A stretch of 64,000 nt of DNA from contig JBMORE010000133.1 of the NCBI GenBank assembly GCA_049322255.1, positions 1-64,000 of the forward strand, read 5' to 3'. Source of the stretch: Myxococcota bacterium (GTDB taxonomy: Bacteria; Myxococcota; Myxococcia; Myxococcales; Myxococcaceae). Under the pieces are notes generated by a model. It was given only the letters and a program-made list of their open reading frames with translations. It had not been told where the DNA came from and did no database searches. A program made the translations under genes and the position numbers. Shown here piece by piece: positions 21,490 to 31,178 of the stretch. The stretch's first letter is position 1. Each line of letters opens with the position of its first letter.

Positions 21490-21517
21490 ATAATAACCAT
21501 CGGCCCTCGTGCGTCAA
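21490..21517 (-). promoter_or_regulatory. Putative sigma70 promoter of groESL
   Basis: Minus strand TTGACG-16 nt-TATTAT, immediately upstream of the CIRCE box. Confidence 0.65.
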
Positions 21518-21626
21518 GCCGTGTCTGCGCCTTGAATACATGATGTCAACATCATGAAAATTCTATTGAATTTGTCTTAAGCCACGCCGACGTCGGCGAG
21601 GCCTAAGACCGGACCGGCGGCCCTCC

Positions 21627-21653
21627 TTGGCACTCCCGGTGTTGGAGTGCCAG
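21627..21653. promoter_or_regulatory. CIRCE-like element 2
   Basis: TTGGCACTC-CCGGTGTTG-GAGTGCCAG, with a 9-nt spacer. Confidence 0.8.
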
Positions 21654-21671
21654 GTGTCGGTGCGCCCTCGC

Positions 21672-21698
21672 TTAGCACTCACAAGCCCCGATTGCCAG
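21672..21698. promoter_or_regulatory. CIRCE-like element 3
   Basis: TTAGCACTC-ACAAGCCCC-GATTGCCAG; the left arm is perfect and the right arm is degenerate. Confidence 0.7.
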
Positions 21699-21782
21699 TT
21701 AACCAGGCCAAATCTCAGGGCATTTTTTGGCCCGTCCCCCCAGAGGTTGCTACATTTTTGTTCCAGGAGGTGCTTGGGCGCG

Positions 21783-22379
21783 ATGAGCGATCTGGTGGTC
21801 GGCTCGACCTTGAAAGAATTCTTCAGGCTCCTGTTGGAGGACGCGATTTCGCGCCAGAAAGTGACGCTGGCGGAGGTCACCGAGCACTACCTGGTGAACC
21901 TCCTGGCCGAATTCGCAGCGGCGGAGAAGCTCTTCTCCGAGGAGTACGGCGGCAGGAAAGACCACGAGCCGCTGGCGATTCTCTACCATCGGGCGCTGCA
22001 GGCCGACCGGGCGCAGAAGATTCTCACCCTGCGCCGGCTGGGCGATGTCTCGCTCTACAAGGCGGGGTTCTTCTCCGACTCGCTGCGCGACAGCGTGGTG
22101 GGCCCGGATTACTACATCGAGATGGGCGGGGCGGCGTACGCGCAGGTGGCCAGCCTCTCCGCGCAGAGCGGCTTTGCCACCGCCTTCCACGAGCTGCACG
22201 AGAAGTTCCGCGCGCTGGTGGAGGTGCTGGAGGAGATCTCCGCCCGCGGGCTGGCGGCCTCGGGCCCCGCGGGCCAGATGCGCGTGTTCGAGAGCTGGGT
22301 CCGCAGCGGCAACGGGCGATTGGAGAAGGTGCTGGTCGATGCGGGCATGCTGGGGCCCAAGGGCCTTTTGCCCAACTAA
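21783..22379 (+). CDS. Conserved-looking hypothetical helical protein
   Basis: RBS AGGAGG, start MSDLVVGSTLKEFF, motif LRRLGDVSLYKAGFFSDSL and strong coding bias. Confidence 0.8.
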   Translation: MSDLVVGSTLKEFFRLLLEDAISRQKVTLAEVTEHYLVNLLAEFAAAEKLFSEEYGGRKDHEPLAILYHRALQADRAQKILTLRRLGDVSLYKAGFFSDSLRDSVVGPDYYIEMGGAAYAQVASLSAQSGFATAFHELHEKFRALVEVLEEISARGLAASGPAGQMRVFESWVRSGNGRLEKVLVDAGMLGPKGLLPN

Positions 22380-22388
22380 GGAGCGCGC

Positions 22389-23030
22389 GTGGTCGGCAGA
22401 GTGCAAGACCACCTCGAGGCCATCTACGGCTACCGCTGCGAGCTGCGAGCGGCGGAATACTTGGTGGACGAGGCGGCGGCGCGCGCGCTGGGAGGTACCG
22501 GCCGCGCCCGCGAGGAGCTCTTGGTTGCCGACGACGGCGAAGAGCTGGGCCTGGCCCTCTACCTCTCCAAAGACTTGCTCGAGCGGGTGCGCGCGTACGA
22601 GGAGGCGCCACCCGACGTGGTGGTCAGTCACGACCTGCCGGCGTACTGCGAGGTGGCCGAAGGGGTGTCTCACTTCCTCTACATCACCTTCGCCGCCCGC
22701 GAGGAGCGGCAGGTTTCGCTGCTCGAGCTGGAGGCGCAGGCCGAGGTGGACAAGTTCGTCTCCTGCGCGCTGGCGCGGTGGAACCAGAACGTCTCGGCGT
22801 GGGCGAAGGAGCTCTTGGCGCGCATGTTCGAGCACGTGGGGTATCTGCCTTCGCTCTCCGCCGACGAGCGGCACCGCTACGAAGAGGCCAACCGGCTGGC
22901 CGGGCAGTACTGCCGGCAGGTGACGCGGCTTCTCGCCTCCGGGCGGATGGACCGGCTCTTGGCCGAGCTGCGCAAGAGCTACCGGCTGGGTGCAAAGGCC
23001 AAGCTCGCTTACCTCGCCTCAGCGCGCTGA
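22389..23030 (+). CDS. Hypothetical protein with a zincin-like E-G-V-S-H...E motif
   Basis: AEGVSHFLY followed by SLLELEAQAEVDKF. RBS AAGGAG, coupled to the upstream gene. Confidence 0.75.
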   Translation: MVGRVQDHLEAIYGYRCELRAAEYLVDEAAARALGGTGRAREELLVADDGEELGLALYLSKDLLERVRAYEEAPPDVVVSHDLPAYCEVAEGVSHFLYITFAAREERQVSLLELEAQAEVDKFVSCALARWNQNVSAWAKELLARMFEHVGYLPSLSADERHRYEEANRLAGQYCRQVTRLLASGRMDRLLAELRKSYRLGAKAKLAYLASAR

Positions 23031-23843
23031 AGCGGTCTTAAGCGCCAGCGCTCGCAAGTGCTCGGCCTTGCGCGCCAGCTCCTTGCGCAGGACCTCGGCG
23101 TGCACCTCGTTGGCGAGTTTAAACTGCTTGGCCGCGAACTCCACCGGGTCGAGGTGGAAGGGCTCTGCCTGGTTGCGCAACTGGTCGAAGAGCTTGAGAA
23201 ACACGTTCCAGCTGTCGAACCAGCGGAAGAGGAGCGAGGTGAGTGAGCCGGGCTGGGTGTCGGCGCCGATCTTCTGCTCGACTTTCTGCGCCAGCTCCAC
23301 CCCGGCGCCTTGGTCGTTCGCGCGCTTCTTGGCGCGCTGGCAGACGGTGGCCATCTTGTTCTTCACCTTCGACAAGTCCTTACGTGAGTGGGCGTGGCCC
23401 TTTTCTTGTTCCAGCCGAGCCAACAGGCGCGCGTACCGCGCCATCGAGCGGCGCACCTTGGGGTCGAGCTTCTCGTCGTGGGCCAGGGCGTGAATCACCT
23501 CGGCCTGAAGCTCGGTCTGGCTGCCGTCGTAGATTTTCTCCAGGCGCGCTTTGACGCTTCCGATTTGGGCTTCGAGCTGCAAAAGCTCCTGGTGGGTGTG
23601 GTTCAGCCGGCGCTCCAGCCGTTCGACCTCGGGCGTCTTCGGCAACTCCCCCCACAGCGCGTCGGGGGCGACGGACGCCGTGAGGGCCTGGGCTTGTTCC
23701 GTGGACAGCGGCGTGCCGGCGGCCCCCACCACGCTGAAGAGAAGCTCGGCGCGCTGGGGCGTCGCCGCAGGTGCGGCCTCGACTTTGGCGGTTTTTGCCT
23801 GGGCGCGGGTGGCGCCGGGACGGCGGGGCGGCTTGATCTCCAT
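23019..23843 (-). CDS. Hypothetical coiled-coil protein
   Basis: Start MEIKPP, helical/charged composition, no recognisable family. Confidence 0.6.
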   Translation of the reverse strand: MEIKPPRRPGATRAQAKTAKVEAAPAATPQRAELLFSVVGAAGTPLSTEQAQALTASVAPDALWGELPKTPEVERLERRLNHTHQELLQLEAQIGSVKARLEKIYDGSQTELQAEVIHALAHDEKLDPKVRRSMARYARLLARLEQEKGHAHSRKDLSKVKNKMATVCQRAKKRANDQGAGVELAQKVEQKIGADTQPGSLTSLLFRWFDSWNVFLKLFDQLRNQAEPFHLDPVEFAAKQFKLANEVHAEVLRKELARKAEHLRALALKTASAR

Positions 23844-23901
23844 CGGAAACCCTCGACGCAAAGCTTGGCTCATCTTACCGTAAGCTGCCTTCAAAGGCCG
23901 G

Positions 23902-25422
23902 ATGGACGCTTCGGACAAATACGAAATCCTCTGCCCGCTCGTCCCCGGCGGTGCCGCCAAGAGCCAGCTGGCGATGCAAAAAGGCCTCGCCGGCTTTCGT
24001 AAGCTGGTGGTGCTCAGGCCCGTCCCCTCCGAGCACGTGTCGAAAGCGGGAGCGGACACCCGCTTCCTCAACCAGGTGAAGGTGGCGGTGGGGCTTTCGC
24101 ACCCCTCCATCGCCGCGCTGTACGAAATCGAGGTGGTGGGCCAACAGCTTTTCCTAGTGACCCAGTTCACCCCGGGGGCCACCTTCGACGAGATGCTCGA
24201 GAGCTGCGAAAAGCTTCGGCAACGGGTGCCGCTCGGCTTTTTGCTCAAGGCGGTGCGCGAGGCGGCGTACGCCCTGCACTATGCGCACACCTTCGCCGAC
24301 CCGCTCGGCCGTCCCCGCCCGCTCGTGCATGGGGCCTTGTCCCCTCACAGCCTGCTCGTCGCCTACGACGGGATGACCAAGCTGCTCGACTTCTGCGTGC
24401 CCTTCACCGGGCGAAACGACAAGGTGCGCGCGTCTTACGCGGCGCCCGAGGTGCTCAAGGGTGACGACGCGCAGGTGCGGTCCGACGTCTTCTCCCTGGG
24501 CGCGGTGCTGCACCGGTGCCTCACCGGGCGCTCCCCCTCCAAGGCCGAGCTGCCGCCCACGTCGGCCAAGCACCCCGAGGCGACGCCGCAGCTCGACGCA
24601 ATCTCGATGCGCGCGCTCCACCCCGCGCCGGAGAACCGCTACGCCAGCATGCTCGAATTCGCACGCGAGCTGGAGAAGCTGGGCGCGGGGTTTTTCTACA
24701 AGCCCGAGCAGAGCGCGGCGCTGGTACAGAAGGTGTTCAAGGCGCGCCTGGAGGAGCTGCGCACCATCGTCCTCACCGAGGAAGAGAAAGTCACCACTGC
24801 GGTGATGTCCTTGGGGGCGATTCTCCAGCGCGGCGGCGCGGTGCCAAGCGACGACATCGCGGCGCAGCCCACCGGGAAGGCGCTGTCTTTGCGTGAGATG
24901 CCGGCGGTGCGCGCCGGGGAGGAGCCGCTCGAGAGCGTCGCACCCACCGGAGAGGCCTTTCGCCCTGTCCTCGACGATTTGCCTCCCACGGGGAACGTCC
25001 AGCGCCTCTCCAAGGAGGAGTTGGCCGCGGTCGCCGCCGAGAAGGGGATGCCGATACGGCCCCGCAAGAAGGGTGGGGCGCTGCGCCGAATCGCCTTCAC
25101 CCTGTTCGTGCTGCTCCTCGCGGCAGGAGGCGGCCTGTACTACCTCGCTCCCGCTTTCGTGAAGGGCCGCATCGCTCAGATGCGGGCGCGGTTGGGACCG
25201 CTGCCTTGGCAAAAGCCCGCCCCGGAGCCACCGCTGGCCGAGGAGGTCTCAGACGCCGGGGTCATGCTCGCCCAGGCGCTCCTGACGGACGGGGGAGCTC
25301 CGACGGAGGAGGATGCCGGGGTGGCCGCGCTCGTGCCCGCTGAGGGGGCCCAGGCCGACGCCGGCACCCAGGTGTCGAACGTCAAGACGGCCTCGAAGAA
25401 AAAAAAGAAGCTGCGTCGTTAG
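23902..25422 (+). CDS. Membrane-anchored Ser/Thr kinase-like protein (probable pseudokinase)
   Basis: Hanks-fold remnants (HPSIAALYE, YAAPE, RSDVFSLG) with degenerate catalytic motifs, plus one TM helix. Confidence 0.85.
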   Translation: MDASDKYEILCPLVPGGAAKSQLAMQKGLAGFRKLVVLRPVPSEHVSKAGADTRFLNQVKVAVGLSHPSIAALYEIEVVGQQLFLVTQFTPGATFDEMLESCEKLRQRVPLGFLLKAVREAAYALHYAHTFADPLGRPRPLVHGALSPHSLLVAYDGMTKLLDFCVPFTGRNDKVRASYAAPEVLKGDDAQVRSDVFSLGAVLHRCLTGRSPSKAELPPTSAKHPEATPQLDAISMRALHPAPENRYASMLEFARELEKLGAGFFYKPEQSAALVQKVFKARLEELRTIVLTEEEKVTTAVMSLGAILQRGGAVPSDDIAAQPTGKALSLREMPAVRAGEEPLESVAPTGEAFRPVLDDLPPTGNVQRLSKEELAAVAAEKGMPIRPRKKGGALRRIAFTLFVLLLAAGGGLYYLAPAFVKGRIAQMRARLGPLPWQKPAPEPPLAEEVSDAGVMLAQALLTDGGAPTEEDAGVAALVPAEGAQADAGTQVSNVKTASKKKKKLRR

Positions 25423-26765
25423 GCAACCGCGGCGTCGGTGAGCTCCAGCGCTTTGTCGATGATCGCCAGCCCCTCGAGCAGCTCTTCCTCGGTGATGCAC
25501 AGCGGGGGGTTGATGAAGAAGTTGTTCCACCGCACGAAGGTGTAGATGCCGTGCTCGCGGAAAGCGGCGTTGAGCTTGTTCATCACGCCCATCTGGTCGG
25601 GCTTGGCGTTGTAGGGCGCCAGGGGCTCGCGGGTCTTGCGGTCCTTCACCAGCTCGACGATGGAGAACAGCCCGATCGAGCGCACGTCGCCGATGGAGAC
25701 GTGCTTCTCCTTGAGCCGGGCAAGCTCCCGGGCGAGCACCTTGCCCACCTTTTCGGCGTTTTCCACCAGCTGGTCTTCCTCGTAGACACGCAAGGTGGCG
25801 ATGGCCGCGGCGAGCGACATGGGGTGCGAGTTGTAGGTGAGCCCGCCGTAGAAGACGTTCTTCTCGAAGTGGGCGGCGATCTGGTCGCTCACCAAGAGCG
25901 CTCCCAGCGGCAGGTAGGCGCTGGTCAGGCCCTTCGCCACCGTCATCAGGTCGGGGACGACGTCCCAGTGCTGGCAGGCGAACATCTTCCCGGTGCGGCC
26001 GAAGCCGGCCATCACCTCATCGAGAATGAGAAGAATGCCGTGACGGTCGCACAGCTCCCGAAGGCCCTTCAGGTAGCCGTCAGGGGGAATGATGATGCCG
26101 TTGGTCCCGGTGACGGTCTCCATCATGATCGCCGCCACGTTGCGCGGGCCTTCGTACTCCACCACTTCCTCGATGTGGCGAAGACACAAGAGGTTGCAAG
26201 CGGGGCGATCGGCGCAGAAGCCGCAGCGGTAGCGGTAAGGGTCGAGCACCCGGCAGACCCCGGGAATGCCCGGCTCGGCGGCGAAGCGGCGGGGGTCGCC
26301 GGTGAGGGTGGCGGCGCCGGCGGTGCCTCCGTGGTAGCTGCGGTAGCGGACGATGATTTTGTGCCTTCCTGTGACCAGGCGGGCGACCTTGATGGCGTTC
26401 TCGTTGGCCTCGGCGCCCCCCAAGGTGAAGAAGGCCTTGTTCAGGTCTCCGGGGGCGATTTGGGCCAGCTTCTGGCCCAACAGCGCGCGCACTTCGGTGG
26501 CCATGTACGGGTTGGCGTAGACCAGCTTGTCGGCCTGCGCCTTGATCGCCGCAATCACCCGCTCGTCGCCGTGGCCGATGTTGGTGCACATCAGCTGGCT
26601 GTTGAAGTCGAAGTAGCGCTTGCCGTGGGCGTCCCAAAAGAAGATGCCCTTGGCGCGGGCCATGGGGATGGGGGCCACCGCCTCTTGGGCCGACCACTCG
26701 AAGAGGGTGTGCTTTTTCGAGAGCCGGACGATTTCCTCGGCCGACAGCGACGTGCCCTCGAACAT
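25419..26765 (-). CDS. Class III PLP-dependent aminotransferase
   Basis: Motifs GGAEANENA, SYHGGT, LILDEVMAGFGRTG and TVAKGLTS (PLP lysine). Confidence 0.95.
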   Translation of the reverse strand: MFEGTSLSAEEIVRLSKKHTLFEWSAQEAVAPIPMARAKGIFFWDAHGKRYFDFNSQLMCTNIGHGDERVIAAIKAQADKLVYANPYMATEVRALLGQKLAQIAPGDLNKAFFTLGGAEANENAIKVARLVTGRHKIIVRYRSYHGGTAGAATLTGDPRRFAAEPGIPGVCRVLDPYRYRCGFCADRPACNLLCLRHIEEVVEYEGPRNVAAIMMETVTGTNGIIIPPDGYLKGLRELCDRHGILLILDEVMAGFGRTGKMFACQHWDVVPDLMTVAKGLTSAYLPLGALLVSDQIAAHFEKNVFYGGLTYNSHPMSLAAAIATLRVYEEDQLVENAEKVGKVLARELARLKEKHVSIGDVRSIGLFSIVELVKDRKTREPLAPYNAKPDQMGVMNKLNAAFREHGIYTFVRWNNFFINPPLCITEEELLEGLAIIDKALELTDAAVA

Positions 26766-26780
26766 GGGAAGAACCCTGAC

Positions 26781-27017
26781 TTAAGCCTTGCTGGGAGGGT
26801 CGAACTTGCCGGAGAGCGCCTCGCGCACGTCGCGATCGAACTTCACCTTCCCGGTGGCGATCTCGCGCAGCGAAAGCACGGGGGGCTTGTTCTTGGAGAT
26901 CTCGAGAATGGGGCGTGCCCCGGCCATCAGCTGGCGGGCGCGCTTGGCGCCGAGCAGCACGAGGGCAAAGCGGTTGTCGACGAGGGGCAGGCAGTCTTCG
27001 ACGGTGACGCGGGCCAT
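26781..27017 (-). CDS. rpoZ: RNA polymerase omega subunit
   Basis: [38 protein letters not shown]. Confidence 0.97.
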   Translation of the reverse strand: MARVTVEDCLPLVDNRFALVLLGAKRARQLMAGARPILEISKNKPPVLSLREIATGKVKFDRDVREALSGKFDPPSKA

Positions 27018-27146
27018 GGAACGTCCTTCTGGTAAGGCGGTGTACGAAAACGGCGCACCTTACAAGGGCAGAAGGACGGGAGCAAGGCTGCGCACGCGTC
27101 TTTGACTTTGAAAGACGCGTGCGGCCCTCCCGACGAAGGCTTGCCT

Positions 27147-27848
27147 CTAGAACTGTCCGCCGATTTGCAGCCCCAGATCCCACGTCCCGCCGATTTCGTC
27201 CGCGCTGCTCAGCCGAGCGAACTCCTGATCGAAGAGGATGTTGTAGTTCCAGCGCAGGTCGGCGATGAAGTTGCCCCGTTCGGCTTTGACCCCCACCCCG
27301 AGCGGAACTCGGCCCGCGGTGTCGTCGCGGAAGGCAGCGTTGTCACCGCCGCGCCAGTTGTAGTCGTCGAAGCCGATTCCAGCCAGCGCGTACGGCTGCG
27401 CAATCTTCAGTGGCACGTTCGCGGTCACTGCGGCGTGCCCGCCGTTGCGAACGAAGTCGGCGCCCGAGGTCGCGCCCTCGTCTCCGACCGGAAGGAAGTC
27501 GGAATCGACTTCATGGACCGAGCCGGAGTACGCCAGCTCTCCGCCGAGCCACGAAAGCGGCTGCACACCCACGGCCGCGCTCCACAGCGGGCCGGTGGCC
27601 AGACGATCGTCGAGCGTCAGGCTCAGGCCCTCGATGCCGCCACCCACCCGCACGCTGAGCAGGTCCATGTCGGTTTTGCGTTCGCGGCCGCTCATCTTCT
27701 GCGGCGCCATGTACTCGGGCTCGGTAACCCCGGGCTCTTCGGGAACCGCCGGTTGCTCCATCGGTTCTTGGGCCCACGCCACACCGCCCCACAAGCCGGC
27801 CATCAGCGGGCCGGCCAGCAAAAGTCTCCTCGTCTTCTTTTTTGTCAT
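27147..27848 (-). CDS. Outer-membrane beta-barrel protein
   Basis: Signal peptide ending AWA, alternating beta-strand pattern (PYALAGIG) and C-terminal Phe. The start was moved to MTKKKTRR. Confidence 0.75.
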   Translation of the reverse strand: MTKKKTRRLLLAGPLMAGLWGGVAWAQEPMEQPAVPEEPGVTEPEYMAPQKMSGRERKTDMDLLSVRVGGGIEGLSLTLDDRLATGPLWSAAVGVQPLSWLGGELAYSGSVHEVDSDFLPVGDEGATSGADFVRNGGHAAVTANVPLKIAQPYALAGIGFDDYNWRGGDNAAFRDDTAGRVPLGVGVKAERGNFIADLRWNYNILFDQEFARLSSADEIGGTWDLGLQIGGQF

Positions 27849-28083
27849 TGTCGCCTCCTCTCGCGAGCAAACTGGGCCGCAGGATGGTTCGCGACAAGAC
27901 CATCGCCCGTAGGTCGACTTCTGATCGGGCGAACGAGCAGGGGCTTCATGCAGTGGAAACGCTTGAAGACAGTTGGGGGCGCAACTCCACACCATTCTTC
28001 CCAAGAGGGTCATCAACCGCTGGAAACAACGGCACCTTTTGACGGCCAAGGGCTTGCTTGTAGGTCGTTTTCTGGAGGTGCCG

Positions 28084-29682
28084 ATGCCGAGGCGACTTCT
28101 CATGATGGCTCTGGCGGCGACGGCAGCGGGCTGCGAGGCCACGGCAGAATTCCAGCTTCCCGAAAATGGTGGGCCGGTGACGCTGCCGGCCGACGCGCTG
28201 GCGGGGGTTTCCGGAGCGCGGCGGCTGACCCGCACCGAGTACGACGCCACCTTGCGCGACCTGCTCGGCGATGCAACCAACTCGGGCTTCGCGCTGTTAC
28301 CGGCCGACTCCAACGACCCGTTCGACAACGACTACAAGACGCAAATCGCCTCGGCGATGCTGGTGGAGGCGGTGGAGCGGCTGGCGATCGACGCGGTTCG
28401 CCGCGCGCTTGCCGACCCAGGCAAAAGAGACGCGCTGGTGCGGTGCGCGCCTTCCGGGCCCGGTGACGCGGAGTGTTTGCGCCGCTTCGTCACTGACTTC
28501 GGGCGTAAGGCACTGCGACGGCCGCTCTCCGAAGAGGAGGTGACGGGCTACCTGGCGTTGCAGAGCTACGCGGTGGAAGCCAACGACTTCTACGTGGGTG
28601 TCGAGCTGGTGATGCGCGCCTTGCTCCAGCAGGTCGAGTTCCTCTACCGGGTGGAGCTGGGTACCCCCGTGGCGGGCAAGGCGGGCACCTTCCGCCTCTC
28701 ACCGTTCGAGCTGGCCACCCGCATGTCTTACTTCCTGTGGGGGAGCACCCCGCCGGAGTGGCTCCTTGATTTGGCGCAGAACGACGAGCTCCGTTCCACC
28801 GCGCACATTCGCGCCGCCGCCCAGCGCCTCGTCGACGACCCGCGGGCGACCGAGCGCGTCGACCGCTTTCACGCATTGTGGCTGGGCTATCACCAGCTGC
28901 CGCACCCGGTCGACCTGACCAACGCCATGCGGGCCGAGAGCGGAGCGCTGGTGAAGCGGGTGGTGTTCGACGACCGGGGCGACTACCTCGACCTGTTTCG
29001 TGCCACCGAAACGTACGCCACCGACGCCTTGGCCAACCATTACGGCTTGCCCGGCGCAGGCGGCTCCACCGCTCAATGGGTGAGCTACGGAGCCTCCGGG
29101 CGCAAAGGGCTCTTGTCGCACGGCTCGGTGCTCTCGGCGGGCGCCAAGTTCAACGACACCTCGCCCACGCAGCGGGGCATCTTCGTGCGCACCCGCTTGC
29201 TCTGTCAGGAAGTGCCGCCCCCGCCCCCCAACGTCGACGTCGATCAGATTCCCCAAAGCCCCACCTCGAACTGCAAGAAAGACCGTTACTCGGCGCACGC
29301 CAGTGTGGGCAACTGCAAGAGCTGTCACCAGAACATCGATCCCGTCGGCTTCGGCCTGGAGAGCTACGACCGCGCCGGTCGCTACCGCACCCACGACGAC
29401 AACGAGCCCGCGTGCCTCATCGACGGCCAGGGGGTGATCTCCGAGCTGGGAGGGTTCAACGGGCCGGCGGGGCTGTCTGACCTGCTCGTCGCCTCGGGCG
29501 GGCTCGACCGCTGCGTGGTGACCCAGGTCTACCGCTTCGCCATGGGCCGCCGCGAAGCTCCCGCCGATGCCGCGCTGGTGGAGAAGCTCACCGAGAGTTT
29601 CCGTCAGAAGAACCGCCCCTTCGCCGAGCTGCTGCTCGACTTCGTGGCGGACGAAACCTTCGCCTTCCGGATGGAAGAATAG
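28084..29682 (+). CDS. DUF1587/1595/1592/1588/1585 lipoprotein with CxxCH
   Basis: Motifs RRLTRTEYD, ELATRMSYFLWGSTP, TSPTQRG and CKSCH..IDPVGFGLE, with lipobox AAGC. Confidence 0.9.
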   Translation: MPRRLLMMALAATAAGCEATAEFQLPENGGPVTLPADALAGVSGARRLTRTEYDATLRDLLGDATNSGFALLPADSNDPFDNDYKTQIASAMLVEAVERLAIDAVRRALADPGKRDALVRCAPSGPGDAECLRRFVTDFGRKALRRPLSEEEVTGYLALQSYAVEANDFYVGVELVMRALLQQVEFLYRVELGTPVAGKAGTFRLSPFELATRMSYFLWGSTPPEWLLDLAQNDELRSTAHIRAAAQRLVDDPRATERVDRFHALWLGYHQLPHPVDLTNAMRAESGALVKRVVFDDRGDYLDLFRATETYATDALANHYGLPGAGGSTAQWVSYGASGRKGLLSHGSVLSAGAKFNDTSPTQRGIFVRTRLLCQEVPPPPPNVDVDQIPQSPTSNCKKDRYSAHASVGNCKSCHQNIDPVGFGLESYDRAGRYRTHDDNEPACLIDGQGVISELGGFNGPAGLSDLLVASGGLDRCVVTQVYRFAMGRREAPADAALVEKLTESFRQKNRPFAELLLDFVADETFAFRMEE

Positions 29683-29692
29683 GAGCCATGCG

Positions 29693-31174
29693 ATGAAGAA
29701 GACGCTCAAGCTCCATCGCCGCGCGGTGCTCAAGGGCCTGGGAGGAGTGAGCATCGGCCTGCCCTTGCTCGAGGTGATGCTCGACTCCCAAAAAGCTTTC
29801 GGCCAGAGCGCCACGCCACCCAAACGCTACATGGTGTTCTTCGACGGTCAGTCGCTGGGGGCCGACCGAGACACCCGCCACAACGACCTGGTGCCCAACA
29901 CCATCGGTCGCGACTACGACCTCAAGAGCGCCACCGCGCCCCTGGCCAACCACAACAACATCAAGAACGAGGTGAGCATCGTCTCGGGTCTGAGCATCCC
30001 GGTGGCAAACGGCGGCCCGGTGCCCGCCGCGGGCCGGCGCGACGACTTTCACGTTTCATCGCTCTCCCCGCTGCTGTCGGGAGTGCGCTCGCCGAGCAAC
30101 ACGGCCTCGGCGGGAGTGACCTCCGACCAGGTGGTCGCGGGCTTCCTCGCCGGCAACACCCCGCACCGCTCGCTCGTCTACCGCGTGCAGGCCGACTGGT
30201 ACCTCTCGGTGTCGGCGCCCTACGGGCGGGACATGATTTCCTACCGGGCGAACACCTCCGGCGGAAACCCGGTGGCCATCCCTCCGCAGACCAGCCCTCA
30301 GCAGGCCTTCAACGCCCTGTTTGGCGGCTTCACCCCTCCGGGTGTCGACCCGGCGGCGGCCGCGCGCTTTGACTTCGACCAGCGCTCTCGGCGCAGCATT
30401 CTCGACTTGGTGCGCGGAAACACCGAGCGGCTTATTCCCAAGCTGGGAGCGGCCGACCGGGTGCGCCTGTCCTTGCACCTGGAGGAGATTCGCGAGCTGG
30501 AGCGGCGGGTGGCGGCGATTCCTCCTCCGCAGACCAGCACCTGCGTCGTTCCCCCCAGCCCGACCGACCCCGCGCTGGGTGGAAACCAGGGCGTCGACGG
30601 CTCCGGCAACACCACCTACGGACAGAACCTGGGCTACAGCGGGGAGGAAGAGCGCGCTCGTGCCTTCGCCGACCTCATCCACATGGCCTTCGCCTGCGAC
30701 CTGTCGCGCGTGGCCTCGCTGCAGATGACCATGTTCCAATCGCACCTGAACATGTACCAGCTCACCGGCCAGGCCACCGACTGCCACGAGCTGGGCCACG
30801 GTGGGGCGCCCGGGGGTACCCTGGCCATCTCCCGCGGCATCGCCTGGCACATGAAGCACTTCGCCTACTTGGTGTCGCGCTTTCGGGACACCCCCGAAGG
30901 CAACGGCTCGATGCTCGACAACATGGCCATCGTCTACCTCTTCGAGGGCGGGCACGGCTTCGACTCGGGCGCGGGGGCGCAGAACAGCTCGCACTCCACC
31001 GAGAACATGGCGTGCCTGGTCGCCGGACGCGCCGGGGGCCTTCAGCCGGGCCAGCACGTGGTGGCCAACGGCATGCACCCCGCCCAGGTGCTCGTCACCG
31101 CGATGAAGGCGGTGGGTTACACCGCGAACACGTTGGGCGAGGTGACCGGCGACATTCCCGCCTTGAGGGCGTAG
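29693..31174 (+). CDS. DUF1552 domain protein (Tat substrate)
   Basis: Twin-arginine motif HRRAVLKG, IGLPLLEVM, AFACDLSRVA and EGNGSMLDN. Confidence 0.9.
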   Translation: MKKTLKLHRRAVLKGLGGVSIGLPLLEVMLDSQKAFGQSATPPKRYMVFFDGQSLGADRDTRHNDLVPNTIGRDYDLKSATAPLANHNNIKNEVSIVSGLSIPVANGGPVPAAGRRDDFHVSSLSPLLSGVRSPSNTASAGVTSDQVVAGFLAGNTPHRSLVYRVQADWYLSVSAPYGRDMISYRANTSGGNPVAIPPQTSPQQAFNALFGGFTPPGVDPAAAARFDFDQRSRRSILDLVRGNTERLIPKLGAADRVRLSLHLEEIRELERRVAAIPPPQTSTCVVPPSPTDPALGGNQGVDGSGNTTYGQNLGYSGEEERARAFADLIHMAFACDLSRVASLQMTMFQSHLNMYQLTGQATDCHELGHGGAPGGTLAISRGIAWHMKHFAYLVSRFRDTPEGNGSMLDNMAIVYLFEGGHGFDSGAGAQNSSHSTENMACLVAGRAGGLQPGQHVVANGMHPAQVLVTAMKAVGYTANTLGEVTGDIPALRA

Positions 31175-31178
31175 CGCG

